In this document: positions 59,583-64,000 of the stretch, in pieces
Position numbering within the stretch: the stretch's first letter is position 1
Layout of the letters: each line of letters starts with the position of its first letter
Origin: Candidatus Heimdallarchaeota archaeon
GTDB lineage: Archaea > Asgardarchaeota > Heimdallarchaeia > Heimdallarchaeales > Heimdallarchaeaceae
Direction: 5' to 3'
Length of the DNA stretch: 64,000 bases
Assembly (NCBI GenBank): GCA_030603365.1
Contig: JAUVXV010000001.1
Location: 288,001 to 352,000 of the forward strand
Position numbers and translations under genes: made by a program
Notes under the pieces: generated by a model
The model's input: the letters and a program-made list of their open reading frames with translations, nothing else
The model's database searches: none
What the model was told of the DNA's origin: nothing

Positions 59583-59990
59583 GTGACTACCTTTAGAAAG
59601 CGAGAACTGCTTCTATATTACGGCGTAGCTTATCTTATTACTGCTGTACTTGAAACCATTTTATTTACCGCAATTATTGGTGATTGGACTTTTATAGATA
59701 TTCTGCTCAATTTCAGTATGTGGGGAATTATTTGGTTGGTGTCATTATTTGCTTATCCTATGTTCTTCTTAGATGTTAATAGATCAAATTTAGCTCTTAG
59801 TCCATATTTATCACTTTTAGGTTACGTTATTATCATCTTAGTTTATTATCTAACTTATAAATTTCATAAAAAGAAAATAGAAGCAAAAACAGAAAAGAAA
59901 TTGACTTTCAATAAACTAATAGATCTTTATTTCCCTGTTGGCAAGAGTACAAAAACCAAATCTAAAGAAACTGAACAATCTTCGAAATAA
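59583..59990 (+). CDS. Membrane hypothetical protein
   Basis: Three hydrophobic helices and a basic tail. Confidence 0.6.
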   Translation: MTTFRKRELLLYYGVAYLITAVLETILFTAIIGDWTFIDILLNFSMWGIIWLVSLFAYPMFFLDVNRSNLALSPYLSLLGYVIIILVYYLTYKFHKKKIEAKTEKKLTFNKLIDLYFPVGKSTKTKSKETEQSSK

Positions 59991-60045
59991 TACTCTCACT
60001 TAGTTACATAGAAATCTTAAATTATACTCTAATTCTCTTAAACTT

Positions 60046-61167
60046 GTGACTCTCAAAATAGGTTTTATTGTAAATCCCATTGCGGGTTTAGGTGGAAAAA
60101 AAGCTTGGAAAGGGACCGACGATATAGATGATGCTTGGAGTTTTTTTGAAGAGGGAGAAAAATATTCTTTTGAAAGAGTAAAAACAGCTATTGAATCTAT
60201 TCCTACTTCTATACCAATAGTTTTTCATTACTGTGGAAATCCAATGGGAGAAGAATTACTAAATCTATTTTCATTTGAAGGAAAAGAAGTTTATCAACCT
60301 AATACAGAAAGGACAACAGCTGAAGATACAAGAAATGCATCCAAAGTTTTTCTAGATTTAAAAGTAGATCTTATTCTATTTGTTGGTGGGGATGGTACTG
60401 CTAGAGATGTTGCTTCTGTAATCGGGGACAAAATACCTGTTCTTGGAATTCCATCTGGAGTCAAGATGTATAGTGGCTGTTTTCTTTATAGACCTCAAGA
60501 TCTTGGTGATATACTTGAAGAGATGTACTTTGGTGATATAACATTTGCACCAGAAGACATAATGGATATAAATGAAGAACTTTTTAGGAAAAATCAGGTT
60601 CAATCCTCATTGTATGGTCACTTATTAGTTCCACAGAAAACTGGATTAATACAAGGTGGAAAAATATCTTCTTCTGTTACAACAATAGAAACATATGAGT
60701 CTATGTCATTAGAGTTAGTTGAAGTATTCGATATTTTAAAAGGAATTGCTATTTTGGGAACTGGAAGTACTGTCTATCATGTTCTAAAATCAATAGGAAT
60801 TGAAAAAACACTGCTTGGTATTGATGTGGCAGAAGATGGTAAAATTATCAAAAAAGATGTGGATGAAGAAACTCTCTTCCAAACTATACTGAACAAAGAT
60901 GTTAGAATGGTTCTTACTCCAATTGGAGGACAGGGTTTCATTTTAGGACGGGGAAATCAACAGATTAGTGCTAGGGTCTTAAATGCTGTAAAAAGTTTAA
61001 AACTGATAATTGTTTCAACTTCAGAAAAGCTTCAAACAATTGATCAACTAGAATTGGATCTTGGTGATCACGTTGAGATTGAGGACATCAAGAATGGTTA
61101 TATTAAGGTATTGACCGAATATCATCAATACAAATTAACTAAGATTACTGCAAATAGTTTGGACTAG
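60046..61167 (+). CDS. ATP-NAD kinase family protein (COG3199-like)
   Basis: VNPIAGLGG, KGTD, GGDGTARD, GVKMYSG, TLLGID, PIGGQGFILGRGNQQIS. Confidence 0.9.
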   Translation: MTLKIGFIVNPIAGLGGKKAWKGTDDIDDAWSFFEEGEKYSFERVKTAIESIPTSIPIVFHYCGNPMGEELLNLFSFEGKEVYQPNTERTTAEDTRNASKVFLDLKVDLILFVGGDGTARDVASVIGDKIPVLGIPSGVKMYSGCFLYRPQDLGDILEEMYFGDITFAPEDIMDINEELFRKNQVQSSLYGHLLVPQKTGLIQGGKISSSVTTIETYESMSLELVEVFDILKGIAILGTGSTVYHVLKSIGIEKTLLGIDVAEDGKIIKKDVDEETLFQTILNKDVRMVLTPIGGQGFILGRGNQQISARVLNAVKSLKLIIVSTSEKLQTIDQLELDLGDHVEIEDIKNGYIKVLTEYHQYKLTKITANSLD

Positions 61168-62084
61168 ATTTCATCAAAGAACCGCATTTTGAATTCATGA
61201 ATGTCATCATCATATTCCTTTTTGATTAAATCTGTTGTTACCCGAAATTCTGCAGTTTGAATTGTTTTTCTTAAGTCAGGTATTTTATCGACAACCTCTC
61301 TTTTGTATTTCTCTTTTGCTTCATCGCTTTGAACTTGATTATGAATCATCCCGCTGAAAATTAATGCTTTTTCAATAAGAACAATAGGTGTGAAACAGAC
61401 ATCTAATACTGAAGCACGACTTTCTTCTGAAATACAAACTTTTAGGGCTCGAGCTATATCTGGTAAAATAACTGTGTCAAAAACTAGTGACTGACTCTTA
61501 GGGTTGACCAGGTAATCTAATAATTGTAATATCTGGTTTTTCATTTCAGGACTGAAACTACGAAAGTCCCTTGGTTTGAGTGATAGCATATTAAAATCAT
61601 CATAAGCTAGTGCAACAGTCGTCTCAATACTTGCTTGTTCTAGTGCAGGTTCTTCCGGAACAACATCTTTCTTACCTTTCTTTTCCTTCTTTGATGTTTT
61701 AGGTGGTGTAATATCTTTAGATAAATGGTAAATCTTACGTAAGTCTAGAAAAACACCTCTACCTCTAAATACAAGATTATGGGCTTCACCTGGTTCATAG
61801 ATGTATTTACCTTGTTTCTCAACTACTGCTTGAAAAGAACCATCTTCCCATAGTGGAAAGGTAATCTCATAAGATGCTCTACTAACCTTGTCCCCCTTCT
61901 CACAAACTAAAGCATTTGTTATGTCGTTTGGTAAACCATTTTTCTGACCAATTAATAGCACATTATCTATTCCTTCTCCATATCCTTCATAAACAACAAT
62001 CAATTCCACTTGTTTACCTTCATTAACTGTAACTGAAGACATGTATAAAGGAAAATCATCACTACTATCACTCATGATACTCAC
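61164..62084 (-). CDS. Hypothetical protein
   Basis: 306-aa open frame, no recognised motif. Confidence 0.65.
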   Translation of the reverse strand: MSIMSDSSDDFPLYMSSVTVNEGKQVELIVVYEGYGEGIDNVLLIGQKNGLPNDITNALVCEKGDKVSRASYEITFPLWEDGSFQAVVEKQGKYIYEPGEAHNLVFRGRGVFLDLRKIYHLSKDITPPKTSKKEKKGKKDVVPEEPALEQASIETTVALAYDDFNMLSLKPRDFRSFSPEMKNQILQLLDYLVNPKSQSLVFDTVILPDIARALKVCISEESRASVLDVCFTPIVLIEKALIFSGMIHNQVQSDEAKEKYKREVVDKIPDLRKTIQTAEFRVTTDLIKKEYDDDIHEFKMRFFDEI

Positions 62085-62175
62085 ACAACATTCTCTATTT
62101 GCTCAAAAAAGCTTTTCGAAAGTATCGTATATTATTTTATAAACAAAACAAGGAAAAAAAAGGAGTTCTAATATT

Positions 62176-63330
62176 TTAGTGATTATCAAAGAATTCTCTT
62201 AATGTTGAAACGACATAATCAAGAGATTCATCAGTAAGTGATGTAACCATTGGAAGTTCAAAGTGGTTTTGAGCGATGAATTCTGCATTGGGACAGGTAG
62301 TTTTAGAATAGTCTGGATAATCAATAACTCTTGATAAATGCCAGTTACTCAAATCTTTATAACAGGGTTGTTGGTAAGATAAGATACTGTAAATTGTTCT
62401 AGACCCCACATTCTTAGATTTAAGATATTCTATTATCTGCTGTTGAGTCACACCTTCTTTCTGTATTATGGGTGCCATAATATAATCAGAATGTTGATGA
62501 CCAGGAAAAATTTTCTGTAACACAAGTTCATCAAATTCTTTTAGCATCTTTCGATATCTATTTCCATTGTGGTGTCGCTTGGAAAGAATCTCATCTGCTC
62601 TTTCCATTTGGACATTCATTATTGCTCCTGTCATATCTGTAGATCTATAATTATATCCGATTCTGTAGTGCGCATATCCTCCTGCAGGACTTCTCCCATG
62701 ATTCTTGAGACTTTTTACTTTTTCAAATAACTCTTCATTATTGGTAATTACTGCCCCTCCCTCTCCTCCGACTAGATTTTTGGTGCCATAAAATGAAAAG
62801 CAGCCAATTTGACCAAAGTTGCCGACGTGAGTATTGTCTATTAAAGCACCGTGCCCTTGAGCACAGTCCTCTAATACAATTAAGTTGTTATCTTCAGCTA
62901 TATCCATTATAGCCTTCATATCACATGGGTTCCCAAAGATGTGAACAGGCATGATAGCCTCAGTTTTGTCAGTAATCTTATCTTCTATTTTTTCAGGATC
63001 AATGTTGTATGTCTCTTTATCTATATCTGCAAATATGGGTATTGCCCCTGAAAACAAAATAGCATTTGATGAAGCAATAAATGTAAAAGGTGTAGTTATT
63101 ACTTCGTCTTTTGGTCCAATATCTAAGGCTATCATAGCCAAGTGCAATGCACATGTGCCATTTACAGTAACTGTTGAAAATTTTGCTCCGGTGAAATTAG
63201 AGAACTTTTCTTCAAACATCTTTGTATTTTTCCCTTCTATTAGGAATTTGCTTTTTACAACATCTTTAACTGCTTCAATCTCACGTTCTTTGATATCTAC
63301 ATCAACAACTGGTATCATTATTTTTCCCAC
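62176..63330 (-). CDS. DegT/DnrJ/EryC1/StrS sugar aminotransferase
   Basis: NGTCALHLA, TFIAS, EDCAQGHG, FSFYGTKN, GEGG, GYNYR. Confidence 0.95.
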   Translation of the reverse strand: MGKIMIPVVDVDIKEREIEAVKDVVKSKFLIEGKNTKMFEEKFSNFTGAKFSTVTVNGTCALHLAMIALDIGPKDEVITTPFTFIASSNAILFSGAIPIFADIDKETYNIDPEKIEDKITDKTEAIMPVHIFGNPCDMKAIMDIAEDNNLIVLEDCAQGHGALIDNTHVGNFGQIGCFSFYGTKNLVGGEGGAVITNNEELFEKVKSLKNHGRSPAGGYAHYRIGYNYRSTDMTGAIMNVQMERADEILSKRHHNGNRYRKMLKEFDELVLQKIFPGHQHSDYIMAPIIQKEGVTQQQIIEYLKSKNVGSRTIYSILSYQQPCYKDLSNWHLSRVIDYPDYSKTTCPNAEFIAQNHFELPMVTSLTDESLDYVVSTLREFFDNH

Positions 63331-63403
63331 AATTTAAATTAACTGTTTTTGAGTAAATTACAGTAAATTTAAATCCTTATAAAAGTTTTGGTTGTCTCTA
63401 TGT

Positions 63404-64000
63404 TCATTTAAAAACAATTCTTGTACGATAAACCAAACCTTTCACAGAAAGTGGAATACGAATTTTCTTAAAAGAAACCTTTGAATTTTCGAGATTTATT
63501 ATAGCGAAGTTCCTATTAACAAGAGCACCTGGATTAATTGAAATAGCAGAATTTAGATGATCAACATTTTGAGATTCATGTATATGTCCAGTAAAAATGA
63601 ATTTGTATGGGATTTTCATTATATGTTTTCTAATCAGCACACTTCCTTCATGAGTCGATGTTTCTGGTATATAATCAAGATTAGTATCTCGAGGAGGTTC
63701 ATGAAATAGACCAATTACTAGTTTCTTCTTTTTATCTTGTAAATTATTAAACTGTTTTTCCAATCTAGCAAGATCCGTTTCTATATTATCTAGCTCTTTC
63801 TCTCCTGGAGTTTGTAAGGGGGTTCGATAATCTGCTGGAGAGCAAAATCCATATCCCACGATAGTCAAATCATCAAAAACTTCAATAGAATTGCCAACAT
63901 AGAAAAGATTAGTTTTTTTTGATGCATAATTATTAAAGAACTTCCTAACTTCTTCTGTTTCACTATTACCGTGAGTGAAGAAAATTGGTTTGTCTAATCT
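63404..64000 (-). CDS. Calcineurin-like metallophosphoesterase (5' end outside the window)
   Basis: Frame open to the window edge (FFTHGNSE), HEPP, GHIHE, INPG. Confidence 0.85.
   Translation of the reverse strand, partial: RLDKPIFFTHGNSETEEVRKFFNNYASKKTNLFYVGNSIEVFDDLTIVGYGFCSPADYRTPLQTPGEKELDNIETDLARLEKQFNNLQDKKKKLVIGLFHEPPRDTNLDYIPETSTHEGSVLIRKHIMKIPYKFIFTGHIHESQNVDHLNSAISINPGALVNRNFAIINLENSKVSFKKIRIPLSVKGLVYRTRIVFK

Noticed and set aside
1-64000. CRISPR array, rRNA, integrase or transposase
   Set aside because: No regularly spaced repeats, no GC-rich structural RNA block, and no tyrosine/serine recombinase or DDE motifs recognised.

Overview
AT-rich archaeal chromosome segment, almost certainly from an Asgard archaeon (Heimdallarchaeia-like). 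Support: an actin, a complete ubiquitin-E1-ESCRT-I/II/III-Vps4 cluster, a roadblock protein, a Rab-like GTPase, a TM-longin fusion, and archaeal LeuRS, prefoldin and A/V-ATPase genes. About 1-46.3 kb and 59-64 kb are core genome. About 46.4-58.9 kb is a decaying accessory island that appears built by repeated integration into the 3' end of a small wHTH regulator gene: a 407-bp direct repeat at 48831-49237 / 58511-58917 includes a synonymously varied copy of that gene's last 14 codons. The inner 9.7-kb element carries a Pycsar-like cyclase/TM-effector pair and an unannotated 40-aa Cys-containing peptide gene directly upstream of a radical SAM/SPASM enzyme (candidate Asgard RiPP locus; the enzyme has one in-frame stop). 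It also carries a wHTH regulator, surface proteins and an LRR gene. No tRNA, rRNA, CRISPR array, integrase or transposase was recognised. All calls come from reading motifs by eye; no searches were run.
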